IMG/VR virus record: IMGVR_UViG_3300027899_000001
Coordinates: 124,001 to 188,000 of that record
Length of the DNA: 64,000 nucleotides
Reading direction: 5' to 3' (one strand)
Shown here: in pieces, positions 1 to 8,982 of the stretch
Position numbering within the stretch: position 1 is the first letter of the stretch
How the letters are laid out: each line of letters starts with the position of its first letter
Notes under the pieces: generated by a model
What the model was told of the DNA's origin: nothing
Databases searched by the model: none
Seen by the model: only the letters and a program-made list of their open reading frames with translations
Position numbers and translations under genes: made by a program

Positions 1-539
1 CAAAAAAGAATATTATTATCAACTAATTCTCTAAGATTTTCATATCCTAAACATCTTACTTTTTTTGTAAACATTTCATCTTCTGTAAAATAATGTAAGC
101 CTTCTGCTGTCGTAATAATAAGCATATTATTTTTACTTTTAGGATCTACATCATATCTTAATACAGATGCTGAAGTAAAATTACTTAAATGATCTTGGTT
201 AGCTGTTAATAACACTCTATTATTTGAACGATATTTAACTTGTACTGTAGCGGGTTTTCCGTCTATTCCTATACCTTTTCCATCTACTCCAGTATCATCA
301 CTTGTAATGGGAATATATTTTCCTATAGCTATGCGATTATCTGCAGGAGATAATTTAATTAATGCTTCTACAAATAATTCAAATCCATCTCCTTTATATT
401 TTTCAGGCTCATATCTATTAGGAAATAATAATGATTGTTGTTCAAGACGAGTACAAAAAGTTGAAAGCTTTTTTACATTTACTAGTAATCCATTTATATC
501 ATGTGAATTAAATAAAAAAGGATGAATTAAGGTTTCCAT
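1..539 (-). CDS. Mrr-like PD-(D/E)XK endonuclease domain protein (runs off the left edge; absent from the ORF track)
   Basis: Translated by hand from the ATG at 539: METLIHPFLF...KGDGFELFVE...DDTGVDG...TVQVKYRS. This has the E...D...QxK pattern of the Mrr family and is open to the window edge. Confidence 0.65.
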   Translation of the reverse strand, partial: METLIHPFLFNSHDINGLLVNVKKLSTFCTRLEQQSLLFPNRYEPEKYKGDGFELFVEALIKLSPADNRIAIGKYIPITSDDTGVDGKGIGIDGKPATVQVKYRSNNRVLLTANQDHLSNFTSASVLRYDVDPKSKNNMLIITTAEGLHYFTEDEMFTKKVRCLGYENLRELVDNNILF

Positions 540-564
540 TGTTTATGTTTTTAACTTATTCTGT

Positions 565-635
565 AATGTAAATATAAACAAAATATCCGAAACAAAAAAA
601 TTATTTCGGATATATTTTAACAATTTCTTAATTTT
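565..635 (-). promoter_or_regulatory. Promoter/operator block, copy 1: TATATTTACA, a 10-bp inverted repeat and a TTAAC repeat
   Basis: ATATCCGAAA (583-592) and TTTCGGATAT (604-613) form a perfect inverted repeat; a closely similar block lies at 956-1025. Confidence 0.6.
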
Positions 636-640
636 TTTCT

Positions 641-937
641 TTATTTAAGTCTCAATGACATCTTTGCAGCTGCCAAATACGTGTTTGTTACGAATTTCTG
701 CATCATATTAAGATTGTAAATTCTTGCCATATCATCCTTATATCTATTTGCTGCCATAGGACTTACATGAGTAGCAGGGTCATCAAGAATTCGAGTCACT
801 TCAGCTTTTAACTGAATAAGATTATACTTAGTAATGTTTTTAATAAGTGTTTCAAGCTGAGCTCCTACACTTTTCGATGCCGTTACTGTTCTAGTAAGGT
901 CCGGCATGTTTCGATTTAATTTTTTATCTTTATACAT
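641..937 (-). CDS. Hypothetical protein (likely start MYKDKK at 937)
   Basis: Track ORF 641..973; the extra 5' part overlaps the duplicated promoter block. Confidence 0.7.
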   Translation of the reverse strand: MYKDKKLNRNMPDLTRTVTASKSVGAQLETLIKNITKYNLIQLKAEVTRILDDPATHVSPMAANRYKDDMARIYNLNMMQKFVTNTYLAAAKMSLRLK

Positions 938-955
938 AATCTTATTTTTAATTAC

Positions 956-1025
956 AATGTAAATATAAAACAAAAATCCGACAAATAAAAATATTTATCG
1001 GATTATTTTAACAATTTCTTAATTT
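956..1025 (-). promoter_or_regulatory. Promoter/operator block, copy 2
   Basis: AATCCGA (975-981) pairs with TCGGATT (998-1004); flanks match 565-635. Confidence 0.6.
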
Positions 1026-1517
1026 TTATTCTATAATATACATTTTTACAGAATCTCCAAAGAAATCTGAATGTTCTTTCACGTAATCAAGTATTCTTAA
1101 AAATTTACTTTTATTATTAGGTTTATATGAATCCTCTAATTCAAACTCATATTTTTCTCTACATTTTTTCAACATTTTTACACTTATCCACCATAACTCT
1201 TCTGGATTTTTAGAATTATTTATTATTAAATACTTTGCTTTACTTTGTTCTAAAGAATCGTTTTTATTATTATCTATTACAGTATATGTACTTCCATATT
1301 TTACATCTACAGGAAGTATTAATTTGCCTAAAAACGGTGTTAATTCATCAAATATAAAATAATAATCTATTTTATCATTCATATCTTCTTGCAAAGTTGC
1401 TTCTTCGCTATGAACTATATAACCTCTTTTTCTTAAAAGTTCAATAGCTCTTTTAGCAACTAATGGCTGATTATAAATTCCAAGCTGTTGATCTGCAGTG
1501 CTTCCGTATGTTGACAT
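1026..1517 (-). CDS. Putative PD-(D/E)XK-fold nuclease
   Basis: D..DKIDYY...VDVK pattern. Confidence 0.45.
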   Translation of the reverse strand: MSTYGSTADQQLGIYNQPLVAKRAIELLRKRGYIVHSEEATLQEDMNDKIDYYFIFDELTPFLGKLILPVDVKYGSTYTVIDNNKNDSLEQSKAKYLIINNSKNPEELWWISVKMLKKCREKYEFELEDSYKPNNKSKFLRILDYVKEHSDFFGDSVKMYIIE

Positions 1518-1524
1518 TTTATGT

Positions 1525-1746
1525 TTATTTGTGAGTACTAAATAATTCTTTTAACATTTCCATAGCGCAATTGTTACAAAATAATACCTTTGTCTTTCCT
1601 CTTATTTCGTCCCATGTAAGATTTTCCTTTACAATCACTCTACACTTATGACATAAGATAGCACCACGCCCACCATTGAATTTAATGATAGGCTTTAACT
1701 TTTTCTTAGTTACAGGATCGTATCTTAATTTGGATAACATAAACAT
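1525..1746 (-). CDS. Small Zn-binding hypothetical protein
   Basis: CHKC and CNNC pairs. Confidence 0.6.
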   Translation of the reverse strand: MFMLSKLRYDPVTKKKLKPIIKFNGGRGAILCHKCRVIVKENLTWDEIRGKTKVLFCNNCAMEMLKELFSTHK

Positions 1747-1764
1747 CTAATCTTTATATTATAT

Positions 1765-2304
1765 TTATACGCATAAGTTTTTTCGTTTTATAATTAAATC
1801 TGAAAGTTCTTTTTCAAAATTTGTATTTACTTCTCTTGCCATTGGCAAAACATATTTCTCTGTTTGTTCAAGATACTCTAATATTTTACCAGCAGTATGT
1901 GTATCTAAATGTAAATCAGTAAGGTTACTTATTCTATCTGCACACTTAAGAATTTTTGCATTCTTTGAACCTTTTTCTAACAATCTTTGAAGATATTCTT
2001 CTTTTGTTTCATCTTTAGTTTTTGTAACTTCTAAAACTAAAGTTGCCACTTTATCACCATCACCATCTATGAAACGAATTTCATTAATATTATTATCATT
2101 ATAATCTTCTACAAGATCATGTAATACAGATGCTTTAAGAAGAACTGAGTCATTAAAATATTTATAATCCAATAAAATTCCAAGTGTGGCAAATTGATGT
2201 CTAAATTGATTTCCACCAACTTTACGACTTACACCTATTAATGCCATTGCTTTCATTATATAAGGAGCAAGGACTAAATTTTGTAATGCAAGTAAATTAT
2301 CCAT
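1765..2304 (-). CDS. HD-domain (p)ppGpp hydrolase-like protein (SpoT/Mesh1-type small alarmone hydrolase)
   Basis: H...LHDLVED...LEVTK...KCADRISNL signature. Confidence 0.8.
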   Translation of the reverse strand: MDNLLALQNLVLAPYIMKAMALIGVSRKVGGNQFRHQFATLGILLDYKYFNDSVLLKASVLHDLVEDYNDNNINEIRFIDGDGDKVATLVLEVTKTKDETKEEYLQRLLEKGSKNAKILKCADRISNLTDLHLDTHTAGKILEYLEQTEKYVLPMAREVNTNFEKELSDLIIKRKNLCV

Positions 2305-2325
2305 TTTTTAATATTTAGTATAAGA

Positions 2326-2333
2326 CAAATATA
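2326..2333 (-). promoter_or_regulatory. Bacteroidota-type -7 promoter element TATATTTG
   Basis: Matches TAnnTTTG just upstream of the HD gene; the same element occurs at 4043-4050 (-) and 20835-20842 (+). Confidence 0.55.
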
Positions 2334-2346
2334 ACAACTATTTAAC

Positions 2347-2430
2347 GAATATATAATAAAAGATGGTTAGCTTGCTGAAACAAGCAATGGAAAGGTAAAT
2401 AACCACTGTCCCATCTTTAAATATTTATTC
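2347..2430 (+). ncRNA. Candidate structured 5' leader (three-way junction), copy 1
   Basis: AAAGATGG-TTA-GCTTG(CTGAAA)CAAGC-AA-TGG(12 nt)CCA-CTGTC-CCATCTTT; covaries with 54482-54573. Confidence 0.55.
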
Positions 2431-2454
2431 AATTAAAATAAAAGGTAAAAAATC

Positions 2455-3255
2455 ATGAAAGAATTTAAAAAAACAGAAGATGGGTTTTTCATATGTGAAG
2501 AATGCGAAAAAATATGCGCTGGAAAAATTGGTTTATCTATGCATATAAATAAATATCACAAGTTACAAAATTATTATGATAAATGGCTAAAAGAAGAAAA
2601 TGAAAGTGTTTGTAAAATCTGTGGTGATAAAACTGAATTTATAGGATTATCAAGAGATAATGGATATAAAACTTATTGTTGTAAAGAGTGTGTAGATAAA
2701 GGTAGATATATACAAACGTGTTTAGGAAATGAAAAATTATATGGAGTAAAAAATCCTTATCAGCGTAAAGATATAAAACAAAAAATAAAACAAACTATCA
2801 AAGAACGTTATGGTGATGAAAATTATCGTAATTATAACAAAATAAAAGAAACATGGTTAAAAAAATATGGCGTAGAACATAATATGTATAATAAAGAAAT
2901 TTATGAAAAACAACAGCAAGCGGGGTTTAATGCTAAAACATATAAGTATAACAATATTTTTTATAGAGGCACTTACGAATTTGATTTTTTAGAAAATTTT
3001 TCGTCATTATTTCCAGATATCATAAATTCTATATCAATTAAATATAATTTTGAAGAAAAAGAACATTATTATTTCCCAGACTTCTTTATTCCATCTTTAA
3101 ATCTTATTATTGAAATAAAATCATCATATTTTTATAATAAATTTAAAGATAAATGTAACGTAAAGAAAGCAGCTGCTATTTCCAACGGCTTTAACTATAT
3201 TATGATTATAGATAAAGATTATTCAGAAATAAATTTATTTTTAAAATCTTCGTAA
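2455..3255 (+). CDS. Free-standing homing-endonuclease-like protein (Zn finger, KYGV repeats, C-terminal PD-(D/E)XK)
   Basis: CEEC..H...H; YFPDFFIPSLNLIIEIKS; paralogs at 54597 and 56992. Confidence 0.75.
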   Translation: MKEFKKTEDGFFICEECEKICAGKIGLSMHINKYHKLQNYYDKWLKEENESVCKICGDKTEFIGLSRDNGYKTYCCKECVDKGRYIQTCLGNEKLYGVKNPYQRKDIKQKIKQTIKERYGDENYRNYNKIKETWLKKYGVEHNMYNKEIYEKQQQAGFNAKTYKYNNIFYRGTYEFDFLENFSSLFPDIINSISIKYNFEEKEHYYFPDFFIPSLNLIIEIKSSYFYNKFKDKCNVKKAAAISNGFNYIMIIDKDYSEINLFLKSS

Positions 3256-4022
3256 GTGATAATATCAATATTTTTCTTTTTTGCATTTTTCATTTTACTA
3301 CTTGTTGATGAAAGAGAATCAGTTATAAGATAATTGCAGTTTTTATCTGTTAGTGATACTTCTATAACATTTGAAAATTGTAAAATAAATTCTTCTTTTG
3401 TTTTTGAAATTGGCGAAGGACTTCCTGTCATACAAACTTTTATCGTTCCATTAGGATCATCACCATCTTTTGGTTTATCGATGATAACACCCAATGCTTC
3501 GAGTTCACTTACTGCTTTCTTTATATAGGATACCTTAGACGGTTCTTGAAGCATAGAAACAAGTGCTCTCTCCATACTTGTATAATCTGGAACTAAACCA
3601 CAATATTCTCTTGCAACTTGTTCAGAAAGTTTTCTTCCAACACCATCATATCCCATCATAAGTATTACCTGAGCATATGTAAGAGATTTTATATTTTCAA
3701 ATGCTTCAACAAAAATTTCAAAAGAACGAGAATTATCTTTAATTCCATATTTTTCCATTGAAAATGAACACCTAGTTCTTATTAACTGTAACATATTACG
3801 AACTAATTCATACATGTTATTGAAATCTTCTGCAAAAGGTTCTATAGTTTTTCCACCTATATTTTTAAGATCAAGCATATTAACTGCAGCTCCAAGTTTA
3901 CGAGCTATTACTCCTCCACAATCGGGATTATTACACATTAAATGAATATCATCAAAAGTAAGAGGCTCTCCACATGCAGGACAATATATTGGCATGTATT
4001 TTTGTAATTCTTTATTTATCAT
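3219..4022 (-). CDS. ligA: NAD-dependent DNA ligase, C-terminal part (Zn finger, HhH, BRCT)
   Basis: CPACG..CNNPDC, IGGKT/GVGRK HhH motifs, VCMTGS...SSKMKNA BRCT. Confidence 0.85.
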   Translation of the reverse strand: MINKELQKYMPIYCPACGEPLTFDDIHLMCNNPDCGGVIARKLGAAVNMLDLKNIGGKTIEPFAEDFNNMYELVRNMLQLIRTRCSFSMEKYGIKDNSRSFEIFVEAFENIKSLTYAQVILMMGYDGVGRKLSEQVAREYCGLVPDYTSMERALVSMLQEPSKVSYIKKAVSELEALGVIIDKPKDGDDPNGTIKVCMTGSPSPISKTKEEFILQFSNVIEVSLTDKNCNYLITDSLSSTSSKMKNAKKKNIDIITYEDFKNKFISE

Positions 4023-4089
4023 AATTATTTATTTTTTATATACAAATATAATCATTTTTTATGAAATAGAAAAATATTTAATAGATTAT

Positions 4090-5064
4090 TTACAATATAG
4101 TAAGATTTTTGTTTGAATCAAAAATCCAAAAATTAAAATTGAACCCTTTGTCTAAACATATTTTGCGTTTTACTAAAATTATTTCATTTTTTTTCTTAAA
4201 TGTCCACCAAGATTTAACTTCTATTATTAAATTTTTAGATTTAATAAAAATATCTGGATAATAACTGTGTATTTTATTGTCATGTTCATATTCTATTTTT
4301 CCAAGATGAGTAAATATTTGATGTTTGCCAACTATTATATCATCTTCATTGTATTTTAATAGTAATAAATCTATCGCCCAATCTTCATATCCTTGAATAG
4401 ATACTTGTTTAGAAGAAAAATTATATATTTTATTATTAAATCCTTGTACATACTCTGGAGATTTAGTATGATGATCGTATCCACATTTCTCAATACTATT
4501 TATTTTAATTTTATCTCTTATTTCTTTAATCCATAAATTACTATTTACATCATATCTTTCTTTACATGTTTTTTTTCCTTTTTCCCAATTAGAAAAATAT
4601 TCATCACCATATAATTTTAATTTTGTTTGTTTTGTTTTTTCCTTTATTTGTTTATTTTGAAAAGTGTATTCTGTTCCATATTTTTCTAAACATGTTTGTT
4701 TTGCTTTTTCATTATTATTATATTTTTCATTACCATATTTAAATAATTTAGTAATTTTTGCCTTTTCTATTCTTTTAGCATAATTAGCGTCAAAAATTTT
4801 GCATTTATTAGAACAATATATTCTATATTCTCTATAACTGTTAAATTCTACTAAATGCCCGCAATATTTACATTTAGGTATATCTTTAATATTATTAATA
4901 AGATGATAAAGTCTCTGTACTATTTTTATTTTATAATTATCAATTATTTGATCATCTAAAAATTTAGTATTAGATAAAAGATAAAGATATTCCTTTTTAT
5001 ATTTTTTACAAATTAATTTACTGGGTTTTCCGTAATCGTAAATTTTTTTAAGTTCTTCAAACAT
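4090..5064 (-). CDS. Homing-endonuclease-like protein between the two ligase halves
   Basis: CKYC/YCSNKC, KYG repeats, YYPDIFIKSKNLIIEVKS; GAATATATAAA promoter at 5073-5083. Confidence 0.75.
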   Translation of the reverse strand: MFEELKKIYDYGKPSKLICKKYKKEYLYLLSNTKFLDDQIIDNYKIKIVQRLYHLINNIKDIPKCKYCGHLVEFNSYREYRIYCSNKCKIFDANYAKRIEKAKITKLFKYGNEKYNNNEKAKQTCLEKYGTEYTFQNKQIKEKTKQTKLKLYGDEYFSNWEKGKKTCKERYDVNSNLWIKEIRDKIKINSIEKCGYDHHTKSPEYVQGFNNKIYNFSSKQVSIQGYEDWAIDLLLLKYNEDDIIVGKHQIFTHLGKIEYEHDNKIHSYYPDIFIKSKNLIIEVKSWWTFKKKNEIILVKRKICLDKGFNFNFWIFDSNKNLTIL

Positions 5065-5110
5065 GTTTTTATTTTATATATTCAAAGAAATTTTATAACT
5101 AATGTCCAAA

Positions 5111-6262
5111 CTATTCAGGCGAAAAAATAACTTCTTGAATAGCGGGTATGATATCACCTCGTTTACATAAACTAACTATAGTTCCGGGTTGTATATGATT
5201 TTTGATAATATATCCTGCATTATAGCCCGATGCTCTTTTAACAGTTGTACCGGCTAACTGAACAGGTTTTACTAAAACAACTGGACATAATTCTCCGGTT
5301 TTACCTAAATTCCATTCAATACCTATTACAGTTGTAACAGCTTCTTCTGGCACGAACTTTATCGCAACTGCCCAATTCGGGTCATGTTCATTTTCTCCAA
5401 GAAGTTCTCTATATGCATAATCAAATGAAAATACAACTCCGTCAAGACCTAAATCAAATTGTTCACGAAGTCTTTCATTATTTTTCATTACAGTAATATA
5501 GAGTTGTTCTCTTGGAGGTATTATAGCAGAATATGAAGTTGAAAATATAGGATATTCTTTTACAAGTTTTGTAAAATGTGTTATATCTTCATGATATCCA
5601 TCAATTAAAAAATGAAGAGGAACAAGAGTTATTTCGCTTACCTTTTGAACATCAAAATCATCTTTTCCTATAACTCCTGCAACATAATTACGAGCATTTG
5701 CGAAATCTGCAGCATATTTTTCATTAAAAATCTTTTTACTTATTACTGCCTCACATCTAATTTCTGTAAGAGGTGTAGTGTTGTATTCTGAAAGTTCTTC
5801 ATCATAAAAAAGTTCTGGAAGATATTTCCTAAATCTATCAGTAACATCTTTTCCTGTTTTTCCATCTCCACGAGTAAGAACTGCTTCAAGTTTTGGACCA
5901 CGATATATTATATTAATCGCGCTGCCATCAAATTTAGGAGAATAATGAATGTAAGCACTTTCTCCACCTGCAGCTTTAACTCTGGATTCTCTTTTATTAA
6001 ACCAATCAAAGAATTCCTTTTCCATATAATTGGTTACGCCATCTTTGCTTTCAGTTTGAATTTTTGAAAGAGAACGCATGGGATGTGGATGCGGAAAATC
6101 AAAGTCTTTACGTTTTGATCCTACCTGTTCAATGACTTTAGATCCAGCTTCTTTAAGTTCTTTTTCAAGGACATCAAATGCCGAGTCTGTCATTATTGGA
6201 GTTCCTTCGTAATATGCTATTTTAGCTTTAAGATACTGAGTTTCAAGATTTTGAATATTCAT
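5111..6262 (-). CDS. ligA: NAD-dependent DNA ligase, N-terminal part (adenylation and OB domains)
   Basis: YYEG..D..FD, KFDG, TRGDG..G.DVT, RNY.AG, DGVV, WAVAIKF, RGDIIP. Confidence 0.9.
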   Translation of the reverse strand: MNIQNLETQYLKAKIAYYEGTPIMTDSAFDVLEKELKEAGSKVIEQVGSKRKDFDFPHPHPMRSLSKIQTESKDGVTNYMEKEFFDWFNKRESRVKAAGGESAYIHYSPKFDGSAINIIYRGPKLEAVLTRGDGKTGKDVTDRFRKYLPELFYDEELSEYNTTPLTEIRCEAVISKKIFNEKYAADFANARNYVAGVIGKDDFDVQKVSEITLVPLHFLIDGYHEDITHFTKLVKEYPIFSTSYSAIIPPREQLYITVMKNNERLREQFDLGLDGVVFSFDYAYRELLGENEHDPNWAVAIKFVPEEAVTTVIGIEWNLGKTGELCPVVLVKPVQLAGTTVKRASGYNAGYIIKNHIQPGTIVSLCKRGDIIPAIQEVIFSPE

Positions 6263-6344
6263 ATAAATTTATTTGTTGTAAATATAATACAAATTCTTGA
6301 TATAAAAAAATATTTGGTGACTTATTTAACAAAACATTAACAAT

Positions 6345-6842
6345 TTATTCAGGGAATACGATTTCAATTTTATGTTCTTTAGACATATGACACATACTAC
6401 TTTGAAGAATTTCAAATTGAATAGTAGGGTTTCCGTAATCTGTATCTGTATAAATTTCTATATCTATTGAACCTATAATTACATCATTTATATAATAGAT
6501 ATGTTCTTTTGCATTATCTTCAAATTCTACTATTCTATCATAAATAATTTCAACTTCATCATCTCCTGATACAGTATATGTTATTTTAATTTTGGTTCTA
6601 AATTTGTGATCTGAATAAAATTTAAATCCTAATGGAAAATCACGAAAATATCTATCTTTGTTTTTTGTTAATACACTATATTTAGCAATTTTTACAGTAT
6701 CATGTATATTAAATTTTGGATCAGTTATTGAAAATTTACACTCAGGAATAACCTGTTTTTCAATATTATTATGTTTTAAATATTGAAAAAGTATAATAAT
6801 TGCAATAATTACCAGTGACAATAAAATAAGATTTAATAACAT
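6345..6842 (-). CDS. Hypothetical membrane-anchored protein
   Basis: N-terminal hydrophobic helix. Confidence 0.6.
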   Translation of the reverse strand: MLLNLILLSLVIIAIIILFQYLKHNNIEKQVIPECKFSITDPKFNIHDTVKIAKYSVLTKNKDRYFRDFPLGFKFYSDHKFRTKIKITYTVSGDDEVEIIYDRIVEFEDNAKEHIYYINDVIIGSIDIEIYTDTDYGNPTIQFEILQSSMCHMSKEHKIEIVFPE

Positions 6843-6871
6843 TATGTTTTTGTAATTTTTTTATTTTCATG

Positions 6872-7546
6872 TTATTTTAGTTTTAATTCGTTAATCTGTT
6901 TTTGTAAATCTCTTATAATTTCTAAAAGAGATAAGTTATTAATCATTATATCTGTTGCTGATATATTACCTTTTACGTTTAAATTGTGTGAAGTATCAAC
7001 TACTACAGAGTATTCATTATAATTTGCAGAAGTTATTCCAAGTATTGGACGATTAGTTAACTTATCATTATAAGTATTTCTACCATCTAAAACAATAAGA
7101 GGAATGTTGGATGACTTATCATTACCAGCTATACCTACAAAATATAACCCTGTATCATTTTCATCACTTCCGATTCCTATTATCTCTGGAATAAATCCTT
7201 GAGATGTGCCATTTCCAAATGAAAATCCAAAAGAACCATCGCCTATATGAAGAGCCGTTATAATCGTATCTTTCGGAATAGCCACATCAATCTTATAATT
7301 GAATAATGGATAACGATTTATGCCAATTCTACCATCTGCATAATATATATCTGTATCCTTAAATTTATTATTGACTATAATATTAAGGCTTAAATCTAAT
7401 TCTGACCAAAAAATATTATTCTTTTTATCTTGTGTAAGATATTGATATGTATCAGTATATGAATATTCTGGAACAATTTCTTTCAATGAAAACAAAGAAT
7501 TGTCAAATATTATTTGATTTAAAATTATGTTTCCTTTATTTATCAT
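6872..7546 (-). CDS. Putative virion/tail-associated protein with C-terminal coiled coil
   Basis: GRIGIN motif, Gly-rich beta segments, LLEIIRDLQKQINELK end. Confidence 0.4.
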   Translation of the reverse strand: MINKGNIILNQIIFDNSLFSLKEIVPEYSYTDTYQYLTQDKKNNIFWSELDLSLNIIVNNKFKDTDIYYADGRIGINRYPLFNYKIDVAIPKDTIITALHIGDGSFGFSFGNGTSQGFIPEIIGIGSDENDTGLYFVGIAGNDKSSNIPLIVLDGRNTYNDKLTNRPILGITSANYNEYSVVVDTSHNLNVKGNISATDIMINNLSLLEIIRDLQKQINELKLK

Positions 7547-8310
7547 GAGTTATTTTCTGCAGAAGATTTTTTTCTGATTTTTTTAGGTTTAGGGGGCCAT
7601 TGTTTTATCATTTTTAAAATATTTGGGCACATCTCGTATTCTTCTCTACTTATAAATTTATTAAGTATAGAATGTAAAAGAGTTTTTACGTGTTTATCCT
7701 CAACGATAATTATAGCATTTTTATCTGCATATATAGTAAATGGAGATTTTTCTTGTTTATTATGTAATAAATACTCATATACTTTTTGAGAAAATTTATA
7801 AAATTCATCATTTTCATAAAATTCTTTAGTCTGTTCTTCAGGATTAAATCCAAATAAAACTCTTTTATCATCAGTTGATCCTATTGATATTAATTGAGGC
7901 ATAAACATCGCCTTTTTTTCATAACTTTCTGATGATTGAAATTCAGAAACGATATTTGATGCAGCTTCTTCTATAAGAGTTTTTATTTCATATATGAATT
8001 CTGTATAATTCTTATACAATATTGTATCTGTTGTATTCCAATCTGGATTTAATTCAGAATCATGAAGAAATAATATATGAGAATATATTCCGTTTCTTAA
8101 AATATCTGAAGCAATTCTATTAAAATCTGATGCATCTGTTAATTTAGAAGCATAACCGTATACACACCATGCATTTAATATTTTAAGTAAACGAACTGTT
8201 TTAATTTCTGGAAATTCAGCGAATATATCTATTATTTCCTTTTCAGTAAACACTAAATTTTTTGGTTTAAACTCTTCAATAATTCCGTTTGCGTATAATA
8301 TAAGTGCCAT
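7543..8310 (-). CDS. Hypothetical protein
   Basis: 255-aa ORF coupled by an ATGA overlap; weak UVR-like C-terminus. Confidence 0.6.
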   Translation of the reverse strand: MALILYANGIIEEFKPKNLVFTEKEIIDIFAEFPEIKTVRLLKILNAWCVYGYASKLTDASDFNRIASDILRNGIYSHILFLHDSELNPDWNTTDTILYKNYTEFIYEIKTLIEEAASNIVSEFQSSESYEKKAMFMPQLISIGSTDDKRVLFGFNPEEQTKEFYENDEFYKFSQKVYEYLLHNKQEKSPFTIYADKNAIIIVEDKHVKTLLHSILNKFISREEYEMCPNILKMIKQWPPKPKKIRKKSSAENNS

Positions 8311-8319
8311 ATAATATCA

Positions 8320-8979
8320 TTATTTTTCAAACCTTTGTCGGGCTGCATCTGTTATGTGTATATAATGTGCTTTTCCTATAAATTCGTCTAATGTTTTTGC
8401 ATTACAATAACTCATTGCTGACTTAAAATAATCTGTAAAATCTTCTGTCCATTGTTGTAATGTGTATTCAACTTTTTGATATTTTGTTATTCCTTCAGCA
8501 GTAACTAACTTTGTTTTTCCCCAACTTCTTTGTACTGCTTTGGTACTCATTCCTCTATATTTCTTTTTAACAGGAAATCCGTATCTCCAAAGTGTTTCTG
8601 CTATTTTATTATTTATTCGTATTCCCCACAGATAATTAAACCCTGCGGATTCGATTGATTTATTAAAGATTGAACCTATCATTACGTAGTCTGCGCCGAG
8701 CGCGAGCGATTTAATTATATCTGAATAATTCCTCATTCCGCCGTCTGCAACGATTTTAGTTGTAAGTCCATATTGTTTTCTCAATTCATAACATTCAGAT
8801 ATAAGAGATCCTAAAGGATAGTTAATAGCTACGTTTGCAGCAGTTGTACATCCACTATTATGTACAATTACTCCATTTATATTATATGAGTGATTATCTT
8901 CTACTTCTAAATCATATATTTTTCCTTCATATAATGATTTTTTAATAGCGTTAATTTTTACTAATTTAAATGTGTTCAT
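8320..8979 (-). CDS. IMPDH/GMP reductase C-terminal half, preceded by the C-part of a split intein
   Basis: 41-aa IntC ending VHN, then SGCTT, ADGG, ALGADYVMIG, YRGMS, AEG. Confidence 0.9.
   Translation of the reverse strand: MNTFKLVKINAIKKSLYEGKIYDLEVEDNHSYNINGVIVHNSGCTTAANVAINYPLGSLISECYELRKQYGLTTKIVADGGMRNYSDIIKSLALGADYVMIGSIFNKSIESAGFNYLWGIRINNKIAETLWRYGFPVKKKYRGMSTKAVQRSWGKTKLVTAEGITKYQKVEYTLQQWTEDFTDYFKSAMSYCNAKTLDEFIGKAHYIHITDAARQRFEK
8857..8979 (-). mobile_element. Split intein C-part (IMPDH-1-like)
   Basis: YDLEVEDNHSYNINGVIVHN|S, i.e. blocks F and G. Confidence 0.9.
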
Positions 8980-8982
8980 TAT

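Noticed and set aside
2358-2418. Three-way element as a hammerhead ribozyme or tRNA
   Set aside because: It lacks the CUGAnGA/GAAA junction core and the cloverleaf/T-loop; kept as an unknown structured element.
4023-5110. Group I intron in the ligase
   Set aside because: Non-coding flanks are only 67 and 46 nt of AT-rich sequence with promoter boxes and no recognisable P7 core; not formally excluded without RT-PCR.
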